Shown piece by piece: positions 39,480 to 48,189 of a stretch of DNA of 64,000 nt. The first letter of the stretch is position 1, and each line of letters opens with the position of its first letter. A program made the translations under genes and the position numbers. A model generated the notes under the pieces. It did not search any database. It saw only the letters and a list, made by a program, of their open reading frames with translations, and was not told the origin of the DNA. The DNA comes from Desulfovibrionaceae bacterium (GTDB lineage: Bacteria > Desulfobacterota > Desulfovibrionia > Desulfovibrionales > Desulfovibrionaceae): NCBI GenBank assembly GCA_009773665.1, contig WSYE01000011.1, positions 1,767 to 65,766 on the forward strand, written 5' to 3'.

Positions 39480-41543
39480 TCAGAAAGTGAACTTCAGTCT
39501 GGCGCTGGCGGACTGGCTGAGGTAGCTGGTGGGGCTTGCCTGGAGGTCGTAGCGGACCAGCAGTTCCAGGTTCTTGCGCAGCATCCCGGATACTCCCAGG
39601 CCTGCGTGATACAGCCATGGGGAAACAGAGAGCCCGTTGGTGACGAACGCATCGCCACCGCCAGCATACGATGCGGTGATCTTGGCCTGATTGGGGATCA
39701 TGTTGTACCCGGCTCCGGCATTGGCCGAGATTTTCATGGCCGGGGTAATCTCCCGGTCGATCCGCAGGTCCAGTGACGCAAAAAGCTCCCGATAACTCTG
39801 TTCGTTGACCTTGAGGTTCAAGACCCCCGCGCCCGTCTCCTGGTATGACGGAGACTGGACGCCCAGATAGTCCAGGCGGACCGAAGGCGTGAACAGGGTC
39901 TTGTCGTCCAGGACGCAGCTCCGCTTCAGGCCTGTGCCTACATGCCATGAGAAACTGTAGTAGTTCGACTTCGCGGTGGTCCCGATGAAGTTGATGGGGC
40001 GCGACCCCGTGTTGGCGTTGAGCCCCAGGTCGCCCTGGAAGTTGAGGCTGAAGCTGTCCGTGACGGCGTAGTCGCCGTATGCTCCCAATTGGTAGCTGGT
40101 TATGTTCAGGTTGCTCGGTGCTGCGGAATCCGTGCTGGTGATGTAACTGTTGCCGAAAGCGAACGCCGCGCCAAGATTCGAGCGCGCCGACACGGCGTAA
40201 TCCGCGCCACCGGCAATGCCGTAGGTATTTGCGTTGTATCCCGCCACGTTGTCCACGTTGCCCTGGGTGGACCACCTGCCGAAAGCCGTTCCCCAGACGC
40301 TCTTGTTCCCGACGATCTCTTCTCCGCCGTCAAGGCCCGCCAGCGCGTTCTGGCGAACCCGCACCATCTGGTGGAAATGGCGTTGCGTGGTGGCGGTGGC
40401 CTGGGACGCCGCGCCGCTTAGCACCGGCAGGGTCTGGCTGACGGCGCTCGAGAGGGCAGCGCCCTCGAGGCCGTTCAGGGCGCTGACGACAGGGGCCATC
40501 GGCCCCAGCAGACCGGCCTCTGTCCCGGCCAGGGCGTAGAGGCTGGCGGCAGCGCCCAGCGCCGCCGGATTGCCGCTGGCCAGCAGCGCGTTGCGGTAGG
40601 GAGCGACCAGACTGAGCGTGGCGGCGTTGAAGAAATCGTTCCCGGAGAAGCCATATCCCGACAAGTGCATGGCTGCGCCGAAGGGATTCCCGGAAATCTG
40701 CCCCAGCAGGGAGTTGAGCGCTCCCGCGTTGATGGTGTTGAACAGGACCGCCCCTTTAGGGGTGATGGAACCCAGAATCGTGAAGTATTGCGCGGGACTT
40801 CCGGCTGGCCCGACGCCTTGGCCCAGGAAATACCCGTTGCCGTATCTGGTGATGATGATGTTTCCGGGCCTGTTGGAACCAAACAGCGACGCGCTGGTAA
40901 TCCGCCACGGGGTGCCTGCGGTCCAGGCCCACTGGGGGGAGGTATTCACGGCGGTGGAAATCTGCGAGGCTGACGGCGGGGTGAAGTTCGCGGGGTTGTA
41001 GGGCGTCATGTAGGCCCAGTGGGTCAGCAGCAGGCCCGTTCCCGTTATCATCTGCATTTCCATCAGGGGCACGCCGTTTACCAAACGCATGTTCCCGACA
41101 CCAAGCGTTGTTGATCCGCTGGATGGGTCCGTGAAGACGATCCGCACGGTGCCATCGTCCGCCACGGCGCCAGACATCAACGTCTTACTGGCGATCGAGG
41201 CGGAAGGGGCCTTGGTGAGGTGCTCCGGGTTGATGAACAGGGTCGCCGTGCTGGTGCCGGAAAGCACGCCATTGACGACGGTGCCCAGGGACCAGAGCGT
41301 CTGGTCACCTGCCGTGACCGGGGGAGGGGTGGTGAAGCTGTTGGAATTGACGGCAACCTGCGCCACCAGGCCGGGAACAGGGACGTACCAGCTTGTGCTT
41401 GAAAGCAGGGCATCCCACTGCGTGCTTTGCGCCCTGGAGATCGTTACAGTTCCGAAGAACACGAAAAGGATTGAAAGAAAGAAAACGAACACCGGGCGCC
41501 CAGGATATGGATTGTACTGAAACGTCGTGTGAACGGATTTCAT
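39480..41543 (-). CDS. Autotransporter outer-membrane beta-barrel domain protein
   Basis: Signal peptide, S/T/G-rich passenger, C-terminal barrel (VWGTAFG.W, GGADY, YQLGAYG, YQETGAG.LNL) ending in terminal Phe. Confidence 0.88.
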   Translation of the reverse strand: MKSVHTTFQYNPYPGRPVFVFFLSILFVFFGTVTISRAQSTQWDALLSSTSWYVPVPGLVAQVAVNSNSFTTPPPVTAGDQTLWSLGTVVNGVLSGTSTATLFINPEHLTKAPSASIASKTLMSGAVADDGTVRIVFTDPSSGSTTLGVGNMRLVNGVPLMEMQMITGTGLLLTHWAYMTPYNPANFTPPSASQISTAVNTSPQWAWTAGTPWRITSASLFGSNRPGNIIITRYGNGYFLGQGVGPAGSPAQYFTILGSITPKGAVLFNTINAGALNSLLGQISGNPFGAAMHLSGYGFSGNDFFNAATLSLVAPYRNALLASGNPAALGAAASLYALAGTEAGLLGPMAPVVSALNGLEGAALSSAVSQTLPVLSGAASQATATTQRHFHQMVRVRQNALAGLDGGEEIVGNKSVWGTAFGRWSTQGNVDNVAGYNANTYGIAGGADYAVSARSNLGAAFAFGNSYITSTDSAAPSNLNITSYQLGAYGDYAVTDSFSLNFQGDLGLNANTGSRPINFIGTTAKSNYYSFSWHVGTGLKRSCVLDDKTLFTPSVRLDYLGVQSPSYQETGAGVLNLKVNEQSYRELFASLDLRIDREITPAMKISANAGAGYNMIPNQAKITASYAGGGDAFVTNGLSVSPWLYHAGLGVSGMLRKNLELLVRYDLQASPTSYLSQSASARLKFTF

Positions 41544-41649
41544 TCTTTGGAGATCCAATACTAGGGAAGCGTCCTAGTCGTGACAGTTTTGGTCCTTCAG
41601 GATTTCCCGTGGGTAACTGACCGGCTAAGGTCCTCCCCGGAGGACACAC

Positions 41650-41745
41650 ATGAAGAACACGGACCTGTATTCGCGGATTCTCGGCCTGGCCGAGCCATGG
41701 TTTGCCGAGGCTGTTGAACTGGACACGCTCGAAGGGCGGGTATGA
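41650..41745 (+). pseudogene. ISL3 transposase N-terminal remnant
   Basis: GGAGG RBS + MKNTDLYSRILGLAEPWFAEAVELDTLEGRV*, matching the LY..ILGL..PW start of ISL3 transposases. Confidence 0.75.
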
Positions 41746-41746
41746 T

Positions 41747-42019
41747 TTAGCCCTGGCTTATTCCACGTTTGGCTTCCTGTTCCATTGTTTTTAAACGGGT
41801 GTAATAATCGGCAAACTCGTTGAGATGGGCAAGGGCTATTTTGCCGGTGAGGATGGGGTCGTTGCCTGTCACGTCCGTTGACGGGTCAATCAGGCCATGC
41901 TCCAGTTCAACATTCAAACCCATGCGGAATTGCTCCGTGTCGAAGCGACTCCAATCAATACCCAACTCGTCACCGATTTTACGGGCCTGCTCAGTTGTGA
42001 ACTCTTGCTTAGCGGGCAT
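41747..42019 (-). CDS. DUF5661-like small protein
   Basis: ARKIGDELGIDW..F..EQFRMGLNVELEHG...T.KIALAHL.E..DYYTRL..ME. Confidence 0.75.
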   Translation of the reverse strand: MPAKQEFTTEQARKIGDELGIDWSRFDTEQFRMGLNVELEHGLIDPSTDVTGNDPILTGKIALAHLNEFADYYTRLKTMEQEAKRGISQG

Positions 42020-42179
42020 TTCGTTTTTCTCCCTCAGTGTGGTTTATGACAGTACAGGTGATGCGATGCCAATGAAAAATTATCGGTTACTATGCAAAAT
42101 AACAGAGTAATTCATGCTTATTCATTCCTGAAAGGGAATGATGAAAGACAGGTTTCCGGCATGTCCCGCCGGGCAATGG

Positions 42180-43726
42180 TCAGTCCTCCTCGATCGGAGT
42201 CAGGTTGGTATTCGCTGGTCCCATCATCACCGCCCCGGTTTCTTTGAACCGTGACCCATGGCATGGGCAGTCCCAGGTCTTTTCAGTTGGGTTCCAGCGC
42301 ACGATTCCCCCCAGATGGGGACAAACAGCCGACATCTCATGTATTTTTCCGGTTTCATCGCGAAATGCGGCAATTTTTTTTACTCCGCGCCGCAGGATTG
42401 CGCCGTTTCCCTTTGCAATCGCATCCACCGATTCCACATCACCCGCCGTAAACCAATCCCGATACTGCGCCATCATGTTCAGCGTTTCTCTGGCATAGTT
42501 TCCTGACGCGCTCAGGGTTATCCGAGAGGGATCGTACAATTTCTCCCACGGGTTTTCCTTTCCAAGAATCATATCCTTCAGGAGCATCCCCGCAATCGTG
42601 CCGTGGGTCATCCCCATCCCGGAGTCGCCGGTCACGATAAACACATTGTCTTTATCCAAGGGGTTGCGCCCGATGAACGCCAGCCCGTCCGTTGTCTCCC
42701 GCACATCTCCGGCCAGGTGAATTCAATCTTTCCCATTGCCGTGAACCGCGCCCGGGCCCACGTCTCCAGGCGTTGATGCCTCTCGCCGGTATCCTCTGCC
42801 TGGCCGGATTTGTGGTCTTCCCCGCCGACTATGAGCAGCTCATATTCTTCACCATTCTTCCTGACGGTCTGTACGCGCACGTAATGGTACGGATTCTCCG
42901 TATCCCAATACAGCGCCCGCTCAACATGGCCCGGAGGAATCTTCGCGCCTATGACGTAGGTCATGTATCCAGACTGTTTGGTATGAATCACCAACAGATC
43001 GTTAATGGGCGTGTTCGTGGCCACCACGATGGCATCGCAGTGCACCGCGAAGTCTCCGGCGGTTACTTTGGCGGCGTCGCCCCCTTGGATGGTATCCGCA
43101 TGGGTGTTGCAGTAGATTCTTCCCCCGTCGCGCATGATCGCCCCGGTCACCCCCAAGAGGTACTTGAGCGGATGAAACTGCCCCTGCCTGGGAAATCGCA
43201 ACGCGGGTCCGGATTCGAAAGACTCAAAGGGGGCACGATCGACCCGTACCACATCAGTCAACCCCGCCCTGTGTGCCGCCTCCATTTCTTGACGCAACAT
43301 GTCGTCATCAAGCCTGGACGGTAAAAACAAATACCCATCCACCCGTTGGAAGTCGCAGTCGATTGCTTCATTCTTCGCAATCTCTTCAATGCGATCTATG
43401 GCCGCCGAGTGGCTTTGTGCCGTAAGCCGCGCCCCCTCCTGGCCGTGCCATCGTTCGATCGCGCAATACCGGTCATCAATAGCGCAGGTGAGGTGCGCCG
43501 TGGTCAACTCGGTCATCCCTCCGGCGAGCGGGCCGTCATCCAGCACCACCACATTTTTTCCCGCCTGGATGAGTTCATACGCTGTTGTCAGCCCGGCGAT
43601 CCCCGCGCCAATGACGCACACGTCGGTTCGGACATTTTCCTGTAGCGGAGAAAACATCGGACGTTCGACTGTCGCCGCCCAGACCGATTGATGGGGCGAA
43701 GGTACGCTAGCTGGTTGAGCTTTCAT
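42180..43726 (-). pseudogene. FAD-dependent oxidoreductase with C-terminal Rieske domain (YhfW-like), frameshifted
   Basis: GAGIAG FAD motif, QFHPLKY; Rieske CPHLG...WDCPCHGSRF in the second frame; one base missing near 42711-42715 (TGG-[n]CC-GGA would give W-x-GDVRETTDGLAFIG). Confidence 0.85.
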
Positions 43727-43946
43727 GGTGGCTCCTTGAGGGAGATCTGATGTGCAGTGCGGGCATGCCCCGGCAGGATGGGCAAGAGAACAAAGCTTAC
43801 CGTGGACGTATCACATTATTGAAGCTGGTCAACCAATAAGCGGGATCAGGCGGTGACGGAAAAACGTGAATGACGCTGTTAAACAGCAACAGGCATGGTC
43901 TGCCACATAGACAAAGAATATCTGCTGCCTGACACGGCGTATGAAC

Positions 43947-44010
43947 AAGTCAGGCTTGGCCCCGATGCGAAGGTGGGCGGCCTGATCCAGAGACACCTGG
44001 AGAACATCCG
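43947..44010 (+). pseudogene. ISL3 transposase C-terminal remnant
   Basis: KSGLAPM/(frameshift)/KVGGLIQRHLENI resembles the ISL3 S.L.PM.KV..(L/M)I.RH..NI segment; about 30 bp inside the right TIR. Confidence 0.6.
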
Positions 44011-44210
44011 GACGGGTCAGTTCGTGACTGGGGCCTAGCCACGGACAATCCGGAAGGACCACAATTTTGAGGAGGACGGCGGAGATTCCCCGGCCAGCGG
44101 GTGAAACCATGTGTGTATGCGAAAGCTATCGCATGAAGTCATCAGTTTGGGATGCTGCTTGTCAACGCAAAGGTCGAACGGCGTTGTGTGCCGACCCAGC
44201 ACCCGGCGCG

Positions 44211-44975
44211 CTACATGTCCAGCAGGAAGGAGCGGGCCATGGCCAGCAGGTCGTCGTAGGGTTTGCGGTTCTTGATGGCCAGGGCCAGCTCCAGGCCCAT
44301 GCGCATCTTGTGGCTGGCCTCGATGAGCAGTTCGCTGGCCTGGGCGTCCAGGCGGCGGCGGATGAACGGCTCCTCCAGTCCGTCGATGCACAGGCGCAGG
44401 GCGTCGCCCAGGTACGGGAAGGAGACTCCGGGCAGGAAGGCCTGGAGGCCCGTCTTCCCCTGGCGGCGCGCCCAGAGCACGAAGAAGATCAGCTTGAGAA
44501 TCAGCTCCTCGGGGCGCGTCAGGTGGGAAATGTCCGGGAACACCGCCGGGTCCAGGTCTCCGGCGCGCATGGTCTCGATGAGCCCCTGGGCCTGCTCCAT
44601 GGTCCTGGCTTCGTCCAGCACGGGCATGCCGAAGGCCCCGGACAGGGTGATGAGCGTCTTGGCCGGGTTCTCCCCGGTGGCCATGGCGCAGGCGGTCTGG
44701 CGGATCAGGCGGAACTTGCGCCGGAAATCGCGCGCGAGAGTGAGCGCCTTGTTGCGGGCCATGCGGCGCAGAGTTTCGTCGTCCAGTGTGGACGCCGCCG
44801 CCTGGAGCAGCAGCTTGGTGTAGGGCTCGGTGGAGAACTGAAGCTCGTCGGCCAGGGCCTCCGGGCCGCGCTTCTTGTCCATGAGCCGTTTCACGGACAG
44901 CCAGTAGGCGGCGTATCCTGCGGGAGGAATGGTGACGAGATCCAAGGACGTCTGGACGGGGCTTGTTTCGGACAT
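44211..44975 (-). CDS. Soluble hypothetical protein with two MotA-cytoplasmic-like repeats
   Basis: KKRGPEAL..EPYTKLLL..AMATGENP and ARRQGKTGL..PYLGDALRLCIDG..IRRRLD..ALAIKNRKP; no TM segments; start at ATG 44975. Confidence 0.65.
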   Translation of the reverse strand: MSETSPVQTSLDLVTIPPAGYAAYWLSVKRLMDKKRGPEALADELQFSTEPYTKLLLQAAASTLDDETLRRMARNKALTLARDFRRKFRLIRQTACAMATGENPAKTLITLSGAFGMPVLDEARTMEQAQGLIETMRAGDLDPAVFPDISHLTRPEELILKLIFFVLWARRQGKTGLQAFLPGVSFPYLGDALRLCIDGLEEPFIRRRLDAQASELLIEASHKMRMGLELALAIKNRKPYDDLLAMARSFLLDM

Positions 44976-45019
44976 GCCCCATCTTGCAAAATGCCGGGAA
45001 CACAGGCAAGCCCCATTGC

Positions 45020-46288
45020 ATGAAACGCCGTACCCTAATCTCCAAACAGGCTTGCTGACCGCCAAAGAAACCGGCGGTCCAGCCGGTCGCGAACTGTTGT
45101 CCTCCCGGTAGCCCGGAGCCACTGAACGCGCAGGCCTCCTGTTGTGCGCCGCCGCTGGAGCCTTTCGTCGTGCTGTCGCCCCTGAGCCCCCCAATTCTCA
45201 CGGACCCCTGCTGCGCTCCGCCTTCCGGCCCTGCGCCCTCAGCCCTGGAGCTTCCCGGCTTCAGACGCTGGCACTTTGTGGAAGGCTTCATCGACACCCC
45301 TGCCGGGCGCGTGCCCCAGGTGAAGACCACACTTGAGCGCCCGGATCATGTCGGCGCGGCCCTGGTGCGCCTGGGCATCGGGCGCGGGAACTACCGCGTC
45401 GCGCCTGGGCTCTACGCCATGGGCAGCCCCACGCCCGAGAGCCCGGTGCTGGTGACGGCCAACTACAAGCTCACGTTCGACGCGCTGCGCAAGGAACTCA
45501 CGGGGCTGCATCTCTGGATACTCGTGCTGGACACCAAGGGCGTGAACGTCTGGTGCGCCGCCGGGAAGAAGAGCTTCGGCACGCAGGAGCTTGCCGGGCG
45601 CGTCCTCTCCACCAATCTGGACAAGGTGGTCAGCCACCGCAAGGTGATCGTGCCGCAATTGGGCGCGCCGGGCGTGGCAGGGCACGAGGTCAAAACCCTG
45701 TGCGGCTTCCGGGTGGTGTTCGGGCCGGTGCGCGCCTCGGACGTGGCAGCATATCTCCGCGCCGGGATGAAGGCCGATCCCGCCATGCGCCGCGTGAGCT
45801 TCACGGCGCGCGAGCGCGTGGTGCTCGGGCTGGTGGAGTTCGCCAACGACTTGAAGCTCATGGGCCAGCTGGCCTGCGCACTGTTCCTGCTGGCTGGCAT
45901 CGGGCTGGACGTTTTCTCGTTCCCGCGCGCCTGGACCGGCCTGTGGTCCGGCATGGCGGCCTACTTCCTGGGCTTTTTCGCGGGCAATATCCTCACGCCC
46001 TTGGCGCTGCCCTGGCTGCCGGGGCGCTCCTTCGCCCGCAAGGGGGCCGAGGCGGGCGTCCTCACAGGGCTCGGCGCATTCGCCTTCGGCCTGCCCGCGC
46101 TGGCCTCCACCGGCCTGTGGATCGGCGCGGTGGTGTCCGCGTCCTGGTACGGCATGAACTTCACCGGGTCGTCCACCTACACGTCACCTTCTGGCGTCGA
46201 GAAAGAGATGCGCCGGGCCATTCCGTTCCAGGTCGCAGGACTTATTCTCTCCGTGGTGCTCTGGCGTTTGGGAATTGGAGGCATGTGA
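45020..46288 (+). CDS. hgcA: Mercury methylation corrinoid protein HgcA, probable selenoprotein (Sec at codon 13)
   Basis: Cap-helix NVWCAAGK, TANYKLTFD, PQLGAPG, FGPVRA, C-terminal TM helices, NFTGSSTYTSPSGVEKEMR; frame stays open upstream to TGC-TGA (45053-58) and ATG 45020. Confidence 0.93.
45070..45087 (+). promoter_or_regulatory. Candidate bacterial SECIS element of hgcA
   Basis: Stem ACCGGC/GCCGGT with loop GGTCCA, starting 11 nt after the in-frame TGA. Confidence 0.7.
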
Positions 46289-46590
46289 TGAAAGAGATGC
46301 GCTATATCGACGGCGTGGTCACGCTTCAGCTGGACCGCGAATCCTGCACCGGCTGCGGGACCTGCCGCGAGGTCTGCCCGCACGGCGTGTTCGGGCATGG
46401 CGTCGGCGTTGCCGCCATTGAGGATCTGGACGCCTGCATGGAGTGCGGAGCCTGCGCGCTGAACTGCCGCGAGGGGGCCATCACCGTAAGCCAGGGAGTG
46501 GGGTGCGCCCGCGCCATCATCCACGGCTGGATCACGGGCGGGCCGCCGTCCTGCGACTGCGGCGGGGATGGCGGGTCGACGTGTTGTTAG
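46288..46590 (+). CDS. hgcB: Mercury methylation ferredoxin HgcB
   Basis: Overlaps hgcA stop (TGATG); CTGCGTCREVCPHGVF, CMECGACALNC, GVGCA, C-terminal CDC...CC. Confidence 0.95.
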   Translation: MKEMRYIDGVVTLQLDRESCTGCGTCREVCPHGVFGHGVGVAAIEDLDACMECGACALNCREGAITVSQGVGCARAIIHGWITGGPPSCDCGGDGGSTCC

Positions 46591-46611
46591 TGCGGGAAGA
46601 GAAGAATTAAT

Positions 46612-46917
46612 ATGCCTCCGGCGGGCAAAGGGCTACGCCCTCTGCACACCCTCTCCGCTTCGCGTCGTGCGCGGGGGGCTTCTGGCGGGAGGGGGGCGGG
46701 GTGCTGTCCCGTCCGTGTCCTGGCGGGCGAGCTAGAACCGATTTGAAGACGATTCGTCGCCCGCCCGCCAGAACCCGACCGTGACAACACCCCGCCCCCA
46801 GCCGTCACCAAACGACATTCTGTCGTTCTGGAATGCGAAGCCCACTAGAAGTTTTTGAGAGGAGGTCCCGGAGGAGAACTTTTTTCAAAAAGTTCTCCTC
46901 TGGGCCGCCGGAGGCAT
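46612..46917. repeat. Composite intergenic palindromic repeat / MITE-like element
   Basis: Terminal inverted ATGCCTCCGGCGG (46612-24) / CCGCCGGAGGCAT (46905-17), with internal hairpins such as GAGGAGAACTTTTT..AAAAAGTTCTCCTC. Confidence 0.7.
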
Positions 46918-46935
46918 CTTCGCCTTTCGCTTCTC

Positions 46936-47511
46936 TTACTTCTTCACGTACGCGTTGCCGATGGAGAACCCCGCTCCAAGCGACGGTCCCAGCCCGTAAT
47001 ACAGGCGGGAGCCGGGCGCGTAGATCACTGTTCCCATCTTTTCGATGTCGATCTTACCTTCCGCGTCCAGGATGCCGGGCGCGGCCTTCACGTCTTTGAT
47101 CTCGCCCACGAACTGGGTGTGCAGTCCCAGTTCGATCACATGAAGCAGCTCACATTCGATCACCAGCGGGAATTCGCTGATGGAGGGCGCGTTGACCAGC
47201 TCGCACTTTTCGGCGGTCAGGCCTGCTGCGGCGAACTTGTCCACGTCGCGCCCGGAGGCGAGGCCGAAGTAGTCGGCCAGAGCGGCCTGGTTCTGTGCGG
47301 GGATGTTCACGCTGAAGGCCTTGGTGGCCTTGACGCAGCCGTGGGTGTAGGTGGCCGAGCGCAGCGAGATGGCGATGCTGGGCGGTTTGGAGGAGCAGAT
47401 GCCGCCCCAGGCGATGGTCGCCCCGGTGGCTTTTCCGGTGGGGTCGTATGCGCCCACGATCCAGGTGGGCGTGGGGGAGGCCAGGGTCTTTGCGCCGAGC
47501 GATGTCTTCAT
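46936..47511 (-). CDS. Flavoredoxin / flavin reductase-like protein
   Basis: MKTSLGAKTL..PTP.W.VG.YD, AWGGIC.S.PP, FG..SGR..DKF, LG.HTQFVGEI. Confidence 0.88.
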   Translation of the reverse strand: MKTSLGAKTLASPTPTWIVGAYDPTGKATGATIAWGGICSSKPPSIAISLRSATYTHGCVKATKAFSVNIPAQNQAALADYFGLASGRDVDKFAAAGLTAEKCELVNAPSISEFPLVIECELLHVIELGLHTQFVGEIKDVKAAPGILDAEGKIDIEKMGTVIYAPGSRLYYGLGPSLGAGFSIGNAYVKK

Positions 47512-47531
47512 GGGGTGGTCCTTTGCGGCTA

Positions 47532-48014
47532 TTACCAGCGGTTGCGGTGGATGCGTTCGGGTTTGAACCGGTCGGCCCGGCCTGATGGCTGGTCCGGGTG
47601 GCCGATGGGGATGAAGCTGTGGGGGATGACCGACTCCGGAATGCCCAGCAGCTTGCGGAAGTTCTCCACGCGGTCTTGGATGGGGTAGACGCTCACCCAC
47701 ACCGCGCCCAGGTCCTGGGCGTGCAGCGCCAGGAGGATGTTCTGCACGGCTGCGGAGCAGTCGATGGGCCAGAAATCCGGGTACTTTTCCAGGGCGGGTT
47801 CGGCGCAGACCAGGATTCCCGCCTGGGCCTGGCGGCACATGGCCGAGTAGGGGTGGAAGCCGGGGATGGCATCAAGTGTTTCGCGGTCGGTTAGGAGCAC
47901 GAAATGCCACGGCTGGGAGTTGCCAGCGCTGGGGGCGGACATGGCGGCCTGGAGCGCCGCGTCGATAAGCGCCGGGTCCACGGGCTGGTCCGTGTATTTT
48001 CTGATGGAGCGGCG
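47532..48014 (-). CDS. Nitroreductase-family protein, apparently 5'-truncated
   Basis: RRSIRKYTDQPV (48014-47979), APSAGNSQPWHF, DCSAAVQNILLA, IGHP; no ATG/GTG/TTG in frame between RRS and the upstream TAA (48117-19). Confidence 0.7.
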   Translation of the reverse strand, partial: RRSIRKYTDQPVDPALIDAALQAAMSAPSAGNSQPWHFVLLTDRETLDAIPGFHPYSAMCRQAQAGILVCAEPALEKYPDFWPIDCSAAVQNILLALHAQDLGAVWVSVYPIQDRVENFRKLLGIPESVIPHSFIPIGHPDQPSGRADRFKPERIHRNRW

Positions 48015-48189
48015 GGGCGTCGGATAGGACCTGATACGCCGGGCCGGGCGATGCGTCCAGAAACTGTCTGAAATGTAAGCGTCCGCGCCTCCGGTTTTCT
48101 TCCGCGCGTCCTTAAGTTATGGGGAGCCATGGGAAGGCGCGCCCTACGCAGGGTGCGCATCACACCTGGACATCCCGGAAGAGAAGCAC

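Larger units (their letters stand above)
41591..44060 (+). mobile_element. Non-autonomous ISL3-derived cargo element
   Basis: TIRs 41591-41612 GGTCCTTCAGGATTTCCCGTGG and 44039-44060 (rc GGTCCTTCCGGATTGTCCGTGG), 19/22 identical; flanks ACAGTTTT (41583-90) / ACAATTTT (44061-68); transposase relics inside both ends. Confidence 0.85.

Noticed and set aside
45170-45172. ORF-track GTG start for hgcA
   Set aside because: No RBS; it cuts through the CC-(A)PP repeat series that continues in frame up to the C-TGA/SECIS-like site
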